Shown here: in pieces, positions 28,401 through 36,910 of the stretch
Numbering within the stretch: position 1 is the stretch's first letter
Layout of the letters: the number at the start of each line of letters is the position of its first letter
IMG/VR virus record: IMGVR_UViG_3300009104_001827
Span: 62,001 to 126,000 of that record
Reading direction: 5' to 3' (one strand)
DNA: 64,000 nt
Translations under genes and position numbers: made by a program
Notes under the pieces: model-generated
Databases searched by the model: none
Told to the model about the DNA's origin: nothing
Seen by the model: only the letters and a program-made list of their open reading frames with translations

Positions 28401-31400
28401 GCTCACCGAGGTAGGTATGGGGGCCTTGATATTACGAGCATGTCCGATTTCAATAAAGCGTCTCCGTCGAAGCAGGGGGAACTTCGAGGTCTCGCCGGCT
28501 GGCATGAGCCCTCCGAATGGAGCGTTCAGAATGGGGAGTACGGACAATGGGGCCAACCTGACTCATTCGAGGATTATATGGCTGACGAAGCAATGGCCGC
28601 AGTAGACATTGCTGAACACGTCATAACCGGAGACGACGGAGAATCCTTTGAGGGAGGCATGAAGACTCGGAACGTAACCTTTCAACCCGGCGGCGGGCCA
28701 GCGCAAATGCGAAAACATATCAGGGCGATCAGGAGCGCTGCAAAGAGCGGCAAGCCTTACCAAATTTTAAACACCGGCACGGTCGTTGGGCATAGGGTAC
28801 CTAGTATAATGGTCAAGGCTAAAGCGTTAATTGACCGAATGAGACAAAGGGAGGACATTCCTATAATGAAAGTAATGGGCACTCTTAACCCTAATTATCT
28901 AGAACAAGATGTTGCGGATATGAAGGGATCTGTTCCCCTGGGCTTCTCGAAGTGGGGCCAGCTACCAAAGGGAAGCAAGGGTACTCATTTATATAGAAAA
29001 GGAGATACAAAAAAACTTAATTCAAGCTTAAAAAAACTAGGTATCAAAAGGGACTCGGGAGGATTCTATAAGGATAAGCCCGTACCGATGTCGTCACTAT
29101 TTCCCATGGGTTTCGCTGGGGGCTTTGTTCCCAACTTTGCCGACCCATTAAGTGATGCCGTCGGGAGAGAAATGAGCGCCGGCGTTCCTGTTTCTAAAAT
29201 TAGAGTTGGGTCACATAGAAAATTAGTCGGGAGCTCCAACCCTGCTGGGCTCGGCGTCACCAATACAGATGACGAACCCAACGGATTGCGTGATGTACTT
29301 GGTGCTACTGGAATTGTGCCGAATTACTCGAAGCTCAGCGGGGTGGTGGAGTTCGTGGATCCGCAGAAAAAAGTAGACCGGCTTGGTAAGGAAGCTGAGG
29401 AGGCAGCTGAGGAGGTGTCAAAGTATAAAGATGAGGTCACAGAGGCAGCGAAGGCAAAGGAGGAAGGCGCCGCCGAAGAAAAAAAACTCAAAAAGGAAGT
29501 TACAAGATTAAGAAGGGAAGAGAAGGCGTACGCTAACGAGGTCGGCAAAAAGAAAAAGGGGTCTACTAGGCATCTTGCCGCAGAGAAAAAACTAACCCAA
29601 GCGTTGGAAGCGGTGAAGAAGCAAAAGCAAACGAACGCCAACGCTACCAAGAAAAATACTGATGCAACGGATGCGTTAACCAAAGCAGAAAAGAAGTCCG
29701 CTCAAGCCACAAAGAAAATCCAGAAGGCTCAAGCCTCTCAACAACGGAGAGGAATGCTGGGGATGACCGCAATGATGGGAGCCCAAATGGCAGTTGGACA
29801 GATGCAGGGCATGGAAGGCTTCGAGACGAGTAAGTCCATGCAGGGTATCGCGGGAGGAGTGGGCATGGCCTCCACGGGAGCCTCGATGGGTATGATGTTC
29901 GGCCCTTGGGGTACGGCAGTAGGAGCGTTGGCCGGAGGAGTCTATGGGGTGCTTGACGGATTCAATAAGGCTGAAGAGGCCGCTAGGAAGCTTGCCAAAG
30001 CTCAAGTTGTCGCACGAGAAGCCGCCGAAGCTGCCGAATTCTCACGAAAGTCCGGACTTGCTGCGGGGTTGCTCTCCCAGGAAAACATATCCTCCCTTTC
30101 GGATCGGTGGAAAGGTTCGGACACCCTGGGCGGATCAACCGAGAGGAAGTTTACTGATCCCGTTGTGTTCACGGAAAAATATTTTAAGGCCTGGAATGCC
30201 TTGGCTCTGGAGGGGGACACTGAGCTTAAGGCTAGAAATCTTGGCAGAAAAGGCGATGCCGCCCAGAATTGGAAAGATACGCGTGGCCAACGTCTATACG
30301 ATGATCTTGGCATTAAGGATGGCGGGTTTACCCCAATCACCCGTATTGGTCCGAAGAGGGGCGATATCAAGGGCGACGGCACGTTCGAGAGCAGGAAGCG
30401 TTTAGCAGGCAGCGACCAAATGGTCGTAGAGTTTACGGGTAATGAAGAATTCACTGACGACTCGGCGCCAACAGATTATAAAGAAGAAATGGGAGTCACC
30501 TTTGCTCAATTTCGAGCAATGAAAATGCCGGGCGGAGCCATAGACAGAGCCCCGGAAGAGCAAAGAATTTGGCAACGAATGCAACAGGACTCTGGCGGCT
30601 TCAGCGCTACCCAAATGAAAGATGTGCTGGGTGCTGACTGGAGGGGAGGCCCCAATGCGAATAGGCTAAGTATGATTGCTAGCCTTGGTGGGTCGCGGGT
30701 CGGTGCCAACCCAATGCTCGCGGAGCAATTGCATAAAGGAGCCGAATCAGGCGGAGGGGCGGGGCTGCTATATGAAGCCGCAAAAGAAGCGCTCAAAGGG
30801 GAAGGACAAAATACGGAAGGTGCGGTCAGGAAAAAATATCAGGACGCATTGGTCTCATGGATAGAAGCTTCTGTAGACCCTAGTTCTGCGCCAAAGGAAT
30901 ACGACACAACTTCTTGGATTAAAAGCGGTAAAAAAGGCGGTAAGGGTCAGGAGATTTCCCAGTCGGAATACGATGCGCTAGATGCTAAGGAGAAAGCGGG
31001 CGATACTTGGTCGAAGGTTGGTGGAAAGAAAACTCTTGGTTTCGCGGAGCTTGTTGCCATGGCGGGATCAGATGACACGTCACTCTCTCAACTAATGGAG
31101 CTGGCAAACCAAATGGAAACTGCCTCTATGCAGGGGGGCGTTGCGAAAATGACCGGCGACAAGCAAAGTGCATTTATAGCAAGAAAACAAGACGCCCACC
31201 ATCGCGTGGATGTGAATGTGATGTCAAAAACACAAGCTCTTGCTGATGCCACCCGAAAATACACCCAAAGAGTGGATAAGACTCGGGCTATATGGGACGG
31301 GCTCACCAGTGAAACCTCTAAAGTCTGGCGTGATTACAATATGGGAATGCGAAAAGCGGGCGATAAACATACCACAACAATACTAAAAGCGGAGTCCGAC

Positions 31401-34400
31401 AGAAAGAAGGGGCTACTCTCTATCGCTCTAGAGGACAGGGGTGAGCAGCGCACCAACCTCATGGGGGCATTAGGTATTCAGTCTACCGGGGATACAGCTC
31501 TTGAGGATCAGGATCTTTTGCGCGCAATGGAGGCTCTTAGCGCTCAAGAACTGCACGAAATTTTAAATAAAATAATCACGAACGACTCGAAAAGAGTTGG
31601 AGTGATGAGAGATCTTGAGAATAAGCAAATACTAATAACGAAGGGCGCTCATAACTCCCTCGACGCGTCGGAGAAGCAGCTCGAGAATAGTAAAGAGATC
31701 AATCTTGTGCTCCAGACACGGCTTCAGTTAAAAACCAGAATGAAACGTTTCGACGAAAACACCGCCCTGAAGGAGGAGGTTGAATTATTGAAGCAGGCTG
31801 TCGCGCTCACCCAAAAAATGGGGGAAGGCAATATTGCGCTGGCACGCATGCAGGGGGGTACCGCCTCTCAGAGATATGGGGTCGGCCAAAAAAATAGAAA
31901 ACTCCAATACGAAAACTCAGTAGAGTCTAGTAAGGTTCGGCACGGCAAGGACCTGCTGAGCACTATAAAAAGCCAGCCCGAATTAAGGGGCATTGTGGAT
32001 AGCGATGTTGGCTTTGACATCAACGAATATCAAAAGCTTGAATCCTCCCAGGCTAAGGCCGACTACCTTATGGGCTTTAAGGATAAATTGAAAAAGAAAA
32101 TGATCCAAGATGAGGCTGACAGCTACGCTGCCGATCGGGCACCCCTCTCCGGAAAAGCGGCAAACCTTGAAGGGGCCCTGAAACTACTCCCGTACCATAC
32201 GGGCGGCCAAGTAACCATGCAAGCGGATCCTAGAACCGGCAAGGGTCTCGGCCAACTGGCGGGCACGCGCACCCCGGGGCTCCCGGGTATGGCGGGCGTT
32301 AACACTTTAATGGGGAGGGCAAGCTGGAAAGAGCAGATGTGGGAGGGCGGCCTTCCCGGGCAAGGTGGAAAAATAATAACCACAACACAAAAGGATGCCA
32401 TGGATAAAATAGCAAGAGACAGAAGAAGGGATTGGGATGACTCTGCTCAAGAATATACAGAAACTGTCGCTCCGGATGGCACCAAGGGGGCTCACCGAGG
32501 TGGGTGGACCTATAAGGGGAGAATGGCTCCGCCGGGGAAGTCGGGGCACCCCGATCGAGGCGACTTTAATATGTGGGAAAAGGGTTTCACTGACGAAGAG
32601 TCAAGGCTTTTTAAGGAGGCGAGAATTCTCCCCTCCAAACGTGGGGGGGATGTAGCTAAAATGGCGGCGTCCTACAAGGCGCAAGACCATGTTCTGGATA
32701 TAGACGCAACGAGAAAGAACTTGGAGAACGAGCGGAAGATAAACGCAGAAAAGCTTAAAAATTTAGACACCACGAATAAGCAGGTGGCGGCTCATAGTAA
32801 TGTAGATGAAGGACTGACGCAGGTCATCGAGAAATTAAGGCTCAAAGGCGATATGCACAAAGAGGTGTTGGCTAAAATGGAGGCCGAATATGAGATCGCT
32901 AAAAAACTAGCCGAAATAGAACACAAGGAAAAGCGCGGCGAGGGCGCCTTCGGTAGGGGAATGAATCGAGGGATGAACCAAATACAGGACAGGGTTGAAA
33001 CCTTTAGTCATACAATGGGAACGCAAATTCCGGAAATGTTTTCTAACGGCATGTCCAGCGCAATGATGAACGCCATCCGCAACGGAGGAAAACTTAAGGA
33101 CGTATTACGTGACGCAGCTCTAAGTTTCCTTGATACTTTTAATCAAAAAATGATGGGCCATTTCGCCGACCAAGCCACCATGGCCTTGTTTGGCTCCGGA
33201 GAACAGAGGACAAGAAAGGGGTACGCCAAAGGCGGCCTAGTAGGATTCAATGATGGCGGGCTCGCCATGGTTAGTAATCAGGAGTACCGCATGCGTCCGG
33301 AGGCCGTAAAAAAATACGGCGTCGGCATGATGGACGCCGTAAACTCAGGCCACTTCCAGCGTAGGGCTGGGGGAGGCCCAAGCTGGGCCGCAGGGCTAGG
33401 TGGTATAGCAGGTGGATTCTTGGCAAGCAAACTATTCGGCAAGAAGGAAGAAGAGAAGCATGTGGTCCGCGAAAAAGACCGCTTCGAAACTGATGGCGCA
33501 TGGAAACGCCAGAACATGTCTGCCCATTACATGCAAAATAATGAGCGCGTACAGACACACGTCGGCGAGCTGAGGATGAAAGATCAGGAGAACACTCAAA
33601 AATTTATAGAAAAAGCAGAAAAGAAAGCTCAAATGGGACGACAGTTATTCACTGCTGTCGCCAGTCTTGGGGCTCAAAAACTGGGAGCCAAGCTGGAGTC
33701 GAGCGGCGCATTCGGTAAGGCCGACATGGCGATGGGCTTTGGCAAGGATGTTAAAATGCCCGACGGGACGCTAGCTAAGGTATCTCCTGATGGAAGCATG
33801 TTTAAGATGGGGAGTGATGCGGGGGCAAGGCTTGCGGCGGAATCGAAATTGCAAGGCCCCTCGCTGCCCGGACAAAACATACTAGGCTTCGAGCAGAGCT
33901 CCGGATTTTTAGGCGGAAAAAAGGATCACGGGTACATGCATCGATCTGGCCTTGAGAAATACGCGGGATTGCAGGACTCCATAATCGGACCAAAGATGCA
34001 AGACTGGCAACATGATGATGGCAGCTTTAACTTTTCAAGCAGAGAAAAGCGAGGCAGACTCTCAACATGGGCTAATTCTCCCTGGAAAAAAGGCAGCGTT
34101 GGCGAAAAGGCGACGGAGGCCACAAAAAAACTCAAGGAGTTCATAAAGGATACGGGTAGAAAAATAAACCCCCTTAGGAAAGCAACCGGCGGCAAGATCG
34201 TAGGGCAATCCGGCATCGACCAAATTCCCACCATGCTTTCAGAGGGCGAGTACGTAATAAGGGCCGACGCCGCAAGAAAAATGGGCGTGCCCGCCTTGGA
34301 TAAAATTAACGCCGGCAGATTCAACAAGGGAGGCATCGTTACCAATGCCAGCAGTGACCCCGGCGGAAGCTTGGGTGGCGCAAGCACAAACAATGTCTCT

Positions 34401-34574
34401 ATAACCGTCAACGTCGATAAGTCCGGCGGCGAATCCAGCGGTGGTGACGACGAGAAGTCTGGAGATGGCGGAGAAGATAAAATGGATAAGTTCTCCTCAA
34501 GAATCAAGGATCAAGTCATCACTGTAATTAAGGAGGAGAGCCGACCTGGAGGGCTGTTAGACGACGGCGCGTAA
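25476..34574 (+). CDS. Tape measure protein (3032 aa) with inserted globular domains
   Basis: N-terminal TP901-like TMP core (AATEFARQGLSVNETLKRTKDALILTRLTG...TARGGAVIGNAFKTIFTR), coiled coils and Gly/Met hydrophobic segments. The C-terminus has KATGG..GIDQIPTMLSEGEYVIRADAARKMG..LDKIN. Confidence 0.92.
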   Translation: MSINVNVHANTDPLVRDVHAAVDRINRSGRLKIRIDDKGVTQPLGNMKRGADEFTKSLEASNARVLAFGASVGVINAVAGAFKGLVQATMEVEKNLTDINVVMGLTTGQLDKFGGGLMKVAAETGAGFRAASEAATEFARQGLSVNETLKRTKDALILTRLTGMKAADSVKSLTAAMNTFKGEIADSTALVSKFAAVDVKFAVSAEDFAQAIARAGQSARSAGVDINQLIGLVTAAQERTARGGAVIGNAFKTIFTRVRRSSTLAELENLGIAVRDLQGKTLPAMKIMQSLANTYDTLTDAQRAYISQNVAGVFQINILKAALADLGKTNSVTAQATAIAAGATDESNRKNEQLRQTMSALATETGVAIQELAKKIGDIALAPGINKVLDGIKGMAEGLGGILGDGEQEGNKFAQGLLRGVGNILTGPGLVMFAAVAGKLFVNAVKYAQQSLGSLLNINKTANARRNIEQSLMQVLTQNAGLQKEMLRTDISREQKERTILQLIQQQTQEASRLAALTKSMAPVMMRQGIGPGLSMRSGGRGASGFIPNYAAADDEKAEARKGGYAPGAVRTMRMPGVGSVVYNTAERVKKFPGLTQPAIMPPGGKAKDNYTKEFYGTHGFDPYMAGGGYVPNFAKIGTSQAIEMIRGGRNPQGWKYRKDLPDDIKTLAQYNMKSSAIAIPATQYQRGQAGQMRAAKDKKGIKEFDASRLFTLLALKGGGKAHASLYPGGKLKEIYGRAANADGVLPKIKFSISGFKRANIPSAEDSEKDNLEIIQEDLLKSTVPYAVNFSNKLNLGDADPTTPKLMEAALKKGGSGALGALSGLVGAIFEASISTRLPDSDPDGAPGKFKHAGGSISEVGGDFDVRDIKSNSIISTLFDPGPIADIGDYKTQANDETKKSMANKIAKEMIYRRHPDFVGEKNRDGGIYFGSDGKPLYGKPEAGQGTAVSGKLKDLSSIKGAGFVPNFASLEKYLAHRGRYGGLDITSMSDFNKASPSKQGELRGLAGWHEPSEWSVQNGEYGQWGQPDSFEDYMADEAMAAVDIAEHVITGDDGESFEGGMKTRNVTFQPGGGPAQMRKHIRAIRSAAKSGKPYQILNTGTVVGHRVPSIMVKAKALIDRMRQREDIPIMKVMGTLNPNYLEQDVADMKGSVPLGFSKWGQLPKGSKGTHLYRKGDTKKLNSSLKKLGIKRDSGGFYKDKPVPMSSLFPMGFAGGFVPNFADPLSDAVGREMSAGVPVSKIRVGSHRKLVGSSNPAGLGVTNTDDEPNGLRDVLGATGIVPNYSKLSGVVEFVDPQKKVDRLGKEAEEAAEEVSKYKDEVTEAAKAKEEGAAEEKKLKKEVTRLRREEKAYANEVGKKKKGSTRHLAAEKKLTQALEAVKKQKQTNANATKKNTDATDALTKAEKKSAQATKKIQKAQASQQRRGMLGMTAMMGAQMAVGQMQGMEGFETSKSMQGIAGGVGMASTGASMGMMFGPWGTAVGALAGGVYGVLDGFNKAEEAARKLAKAQVVAREAAEAAEFSRKSGLAAGLLSQENISSLSDRWKGSDTLGGSTERKFTDPVVFTEKYFKAWNALALEGDTELKARNLGRKGDAAQNWKDTRGQRLYDDLGIKDGGFTPITRIGPKRGDIKGDGTFESRKRLAGSDQMVVEFTGNEEFTDDSAPTDYKEEMGVTFAQFRAMKMPGGAIDRAPEEQRIWQRMQQDSGGFSATQMKDVLGADWRGGPNANRLSMIASLGGSRVGANPMLAEQLHKGAESGGGAGLLYEAAKEALKGEGQNTEGAVRKKYQDALVSWIEASVDPSSAPKEYDTTSWIKSGKKGGKGQEISQSEYDALDAKEKAGDTWSKVGGKKTLGFAELVAMAGSDDTSLSQLMELANQMETASMQGGVAKMTGDKQSAFIARKQDAHHRVDVNVMSKTQALADATRKYTQRVDKTRAIWDGLTSETSKVWRDYNMGMRKAGDKHTTTILKAESDRKKGLLSIALEDRGEQRTNLMGALGIQSTGDTALEDQDLLRAMEALSAQELHEILNKIITNDSKRVGVMRDLENKQILITKGAHNSLDASEKQLENSKEINLVLQTRLQLKTRMKRFDENTALKEEVELLKQAVALTQKMGEGNIALARMQGGTASQRYGVGQKNRKLQYENSVESSKVRHGKDLLSTIKSQPELRGIVDSDVGFDINEYQKLESSQAKADYLMGFKDKLKKKMIQDEADSYAADRAPLSGKAANLEGALKLLPYHTGGQVTMQADPRTGKGLGQLAGTRTPGLPGMAGVNTLMGRASWKEQMWEGGLPGQGGKIITTTQKDAMDKIARDRRRDWDDSAQEYTETVAPDGTKGAHRGGWTYKGRMAPPGKSGHPDRGDFNMWEKGFTDEESRLFKEARILPSKRGGDVAKMAASYKAQDHVLDIDATRKNLENERKINAEKLKNLDTTNKQVAAHSNVDEGLTQVIEKLRLKGDMHKEVLAKMEAEYEIAKKLAEIEHKEKRGEGAFGRGMNRGMNQIQDRVETFSHTMGTQIPEMFSNGMSSAMMNAIRNGGKLKDVLRDAALSFLDTFNQKMMGHFADQATMALFGSGEQRTRKGYAKGGLVGFNDGGLAMVSNQEYRMRPEAVKKYGVGMMDAVNSGHFQRRAGGGPSWAAGLGGIAGGFLASKLFGKKEEEKHVVREKDRFETDGAWKRQNMSAHYMQNNERVQTHVGELRMKDQENTQKFIEKAEKKAQMGRQLFTAVASLGAQKLGAKLESSGAFGKADMAMGFGKDVKMPDGTLAKVSPDGSMFKMGSDAGARLAAESKLQGPSLPGQNILGFEQSSGFLGGKKDHGYMHRSGLEKYAGLQDSIIGPKMQDWQHDDGSFNFSSREKRGRLSTWANSPWKKGSVGEKATEATKKLKEFIKDTGRKINPLRKATGGKIVGQSGIDQIPTMLSEGEYVIRADAARKMGVPALDKINAGRFNKGGIVTNASSDPGGSLGGASTNNVSITVNVDKSGGESSGGDDEKSGDGGEDKMDKFSSRIKDQVITVIKEESRPGGLLDDGA
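28362..29140 (+). repeat. 20-bp exact direct repeat GGCTTTGTTCCCAACTTTGC flanking an in-frame TMP insert
   Basis: Copies at 28362-28381 and 29121-29140, 759 bp apart. Confidence 0.9.
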
Positions 34575-34575
34575 G

Positions 34576-35898
34576 ATGAGCTTCTCAAGTTATGAACAGG
34601 AATTTATTGTCGACAACCAGATTATCTCTGGCATAAGTTCGGTTAGTGTTTCTTACGGGTCGGATGTTACCCCTCTTTATTTGGCCGGCATAGGCTATGT
34701 AGATAGTTTTATCAGTGGTCCTGTTGAGGGGGAATTTAATATTACCCGCTACATGATTGGTGAGGATCTGCTCGCAGACATTAGCGACACAAGAGATATT
34801 TCAGGAGGGTTTGCCTTAGGGGAGGGAGTTCTTCAATCTGGCTTTACTAAAGGAAGGGTGATCTCTAGGAAGGTTGCCTGTAATATAGGTGAAGTCCCCA
34901 CGATTGAAAACACTATCAAAATCTACGGCAACTTCGGCGGGGGCATACCTGCCATAACTGACGTCGACATCACTGCTGGAAGCTTTGTCTCTGGACTTAC
35001 GTATAAAATAACCTCCAGCGGAACCACCAACTTTCCGGGCGCCGCAGACAATAACGTTGGCACAGTATTTACAGCTACTGGAGCAGGCTCAGGCACAGGA
35101 ACGGCTACGATTGTCTATTCTGAACCCCCAACCATGGAGGAATCTTTGGCGGCATACGACAGGGTCAAGGTGGATGCAGTCGACAGAGAGTACATCATTC
35201 CCACTCAGGGAAGCATCAGAATAACCATAGGGACAAACAATTATAGCATATTAGGATTCAATTATGATAGAACACTCAATGTCGATGCTTTATATGCTTT
35301 AAATAAGGAGCATATTGACTCACTAAAATGGTATGAGGCACACGACACACAAATTACTTATCCCATTGAAACAAAATTCGACTTTACTATAGCTCAAGAA
35401 GATTATAATATTCTACAAATGAGGGAGTTAATGGATTATGATTCTATAAATACGTCTGTTGCTGATTTGGATATTAAGATATATGATCCTCAGTCTATGG
35501 AAGGATCCGCTCCTGAGTTTGACAGTTATGAGTCTGGGACTAGTTATAGTGACGGAGACCAAGTGAAGCACTTGGGGAAGAATTGGGAAAGGATCGGAGG
35601 TACTGGCTCTGGAGTCCCACCTCCCGATAGCACGCGCTGGAAAGAAGTGTGGATTGTCATTAACTCTTATTCCGCCACACGCGCCAAGATGTCTTCTGTC
35701 TCTCAGGCTTCCGCCACTGGCGACGATACCACCGTGAGCTTAACATTTATTGGTTACGAGACAGATCCTAAGACGCCCGATCAACACGAGGGCACTTCAT
35801 ATTTGTATCCCGACGACGTAACTGCAGGGACTTTTGATAACGAGGCTGCGCAAGCGAACTCCGACGAGAGCGTACTCGGAGGGCTTGCAAGTGAGTGA
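34576..35898 (+). CDS. Tail-tube-fold baseplate-proximal protein
   Basis: Directly follows the TMP. Has tube-like patterns (ISSVSVSYGSDVTPLYLAG; ILGFNYDRTLNVDALY..ITYPIETKFDFTI) plus two inserted small modules. Confidence 0.5.
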   Translation: MSFSSYEQEFIVDNQIISGISSVSVSYGSDVTPLYLAGIGYVDSFISGPVEGEFNITRYMIGEDLLADISDTRDISGGFALGEGVLQSGFTKGRVISRKVACNIGEVPTIENTIKIYGNFGGGIPAITDVDITAGSFVSGLTYKITSSGTTNFPGAADNNVGTVFTATGAGSGTGTATIVYSEPPTMEESLAAYDRVKVDAVDREYIIPTQGSIRITIGTNNYSILGFNYDRTLNVDALYALNKEHIDSLKWYEAHDTQITYPIETKFDFTIAQEDYNILQMRELMDYDSINTSVADLDIKIYDPQSMEGSAPEFDSYESGTSYSDGDQVKHLGKNWERIGGTGSGVPPPDSTRWKEVWIVINSYSATRAKMSSVSQASATGDDTTVSLTFIGYETDPKTPDQHEGTSYLYPDDVTAGTFDNEAAQANSDESVLGGLASE

Positions 35899-36910
35899 GT
35901 TTACAAATTTCAACAGGTGCTTGATTGAACTCGGCGACCAACAAATTTATGCAACCTCTGCCTCATTGACTAGCGCCACATCACTAGCGAGAGACACCCG
36001 CCTGAATGGATTCAGCGAAGATCTTGCTGGCGCAACGGTGAACGACCCAAATCTAGTTCCCACTGGCCCACTGAAGGGCTCTCTGTCTTTTGAGTTTGTT
36101 ATTGCAGAACAACACTTCAATCCAATTAAATCTATTTTTGATATAAGTAAATCAATGAGTGATGGTTTTATTCCTATTGGTCGGATTGGTTCATATAGAT
36201 TTTGGAATGCAGCTATAACTAGTTTTTCATTTACCATGGAGCCATTTCAATTGGTGAAGGCTAGTGCTGAGTATGATATATTTGGTACAATATTTGAAGT
36301 CGGCGACAAGAACCTCCCTGACCCGCCATATATTAACCCTGCAGAAAGCTTAAAAGGTTTCGGAGAGGTTACCGCAAGCGGGATCAACCTCCAAGACGAA
36401 AACGAAAGTTTTGACTTGAGGATGCTCAAGGCCGAATACTCAGCTTCAGTCAATAGAAACATAAACTATACAATCAGAATGAACGAACAGCCCGGTAGTA
36501 AACTATACTCTGGGGGAGTGCTGCCATACAGGGCTGCCCTTAATGAGATAGATATTAATTGTAATGTAAAGGCGAATAAAATCATAAACTACATCAATCA
36601 CAAGGGCGTAATCCAAATGAGGAGCGGCGGAACTTTTCCTGAAGAGGTTGCTGTGCAGTTAAATTTGTATGGAGCATTTAAGGAGAACGTATATACGAAG
36701 ATCTCTGACTCCTCTGAAAAAATCGACGAGAAGGCATACCTCGATCTTCCTGATGGCGGTGGTGGAAAAGATCTGTACTCTGGGCCAGAAAGGGAGTCAA
36801 TGCATATAGCCTCGTTTGGCTGCTCGGGAAAGGTTACCAGTCAGGCGTTGAACGCCCAAGAGGGAGGCTATCTTAGTGGAGGGTTCTCTGTAAGGCAGGT
36901 GGTAAAATAA
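35891..36910 (+). CDS. Second tube-like tail tip protein
   Basis: GTG 35891 overlaps the upstream stop (GTGAGTGA). GPLKGSLSFEF...NAAITSFSFTMEPFQLVKASAEYDIFG resembles tube-fold strands. Confidence 0.45.
   Translation: MSEFTNFNRCLIELGDQQIYATSASLTSATSLARDTRLNGFSEDLAGATVNDPNLVPTGPLKGSLSFEFVIAEQHFNPIKSIFDISKSMSDGFIPIGRIGSYRFWNAAITSFSFTMEPFQLVKASAEYDIFGTIFEVGDKNLPDPPYINPAESLKGFGEVTASGINLQDENESFDLRMLKAEYSASVNRNINYTIRMNEQPGSKLYSGGVLPYRAALNEIDINCNVKANKIINYINHKGVIQMRSGGTFPEEVAVQLNLYGAFKENVYTKISDSSEKIDEKAYLDLPDGGGGKDLYSGPERESMHIASFGCSGKVTSQALNAQEGGYLSGGFSVRQVVK

Noticed and set aside
3169-35890. ORF-track starts at 3240, 3169, 17848, 23604 and 35834
   Set aside because: They overlap neighbours or promoter motifs; starts at 3192, 3280, 17812, 23643 and 35891 fit coupling, SD or motif spacing better.
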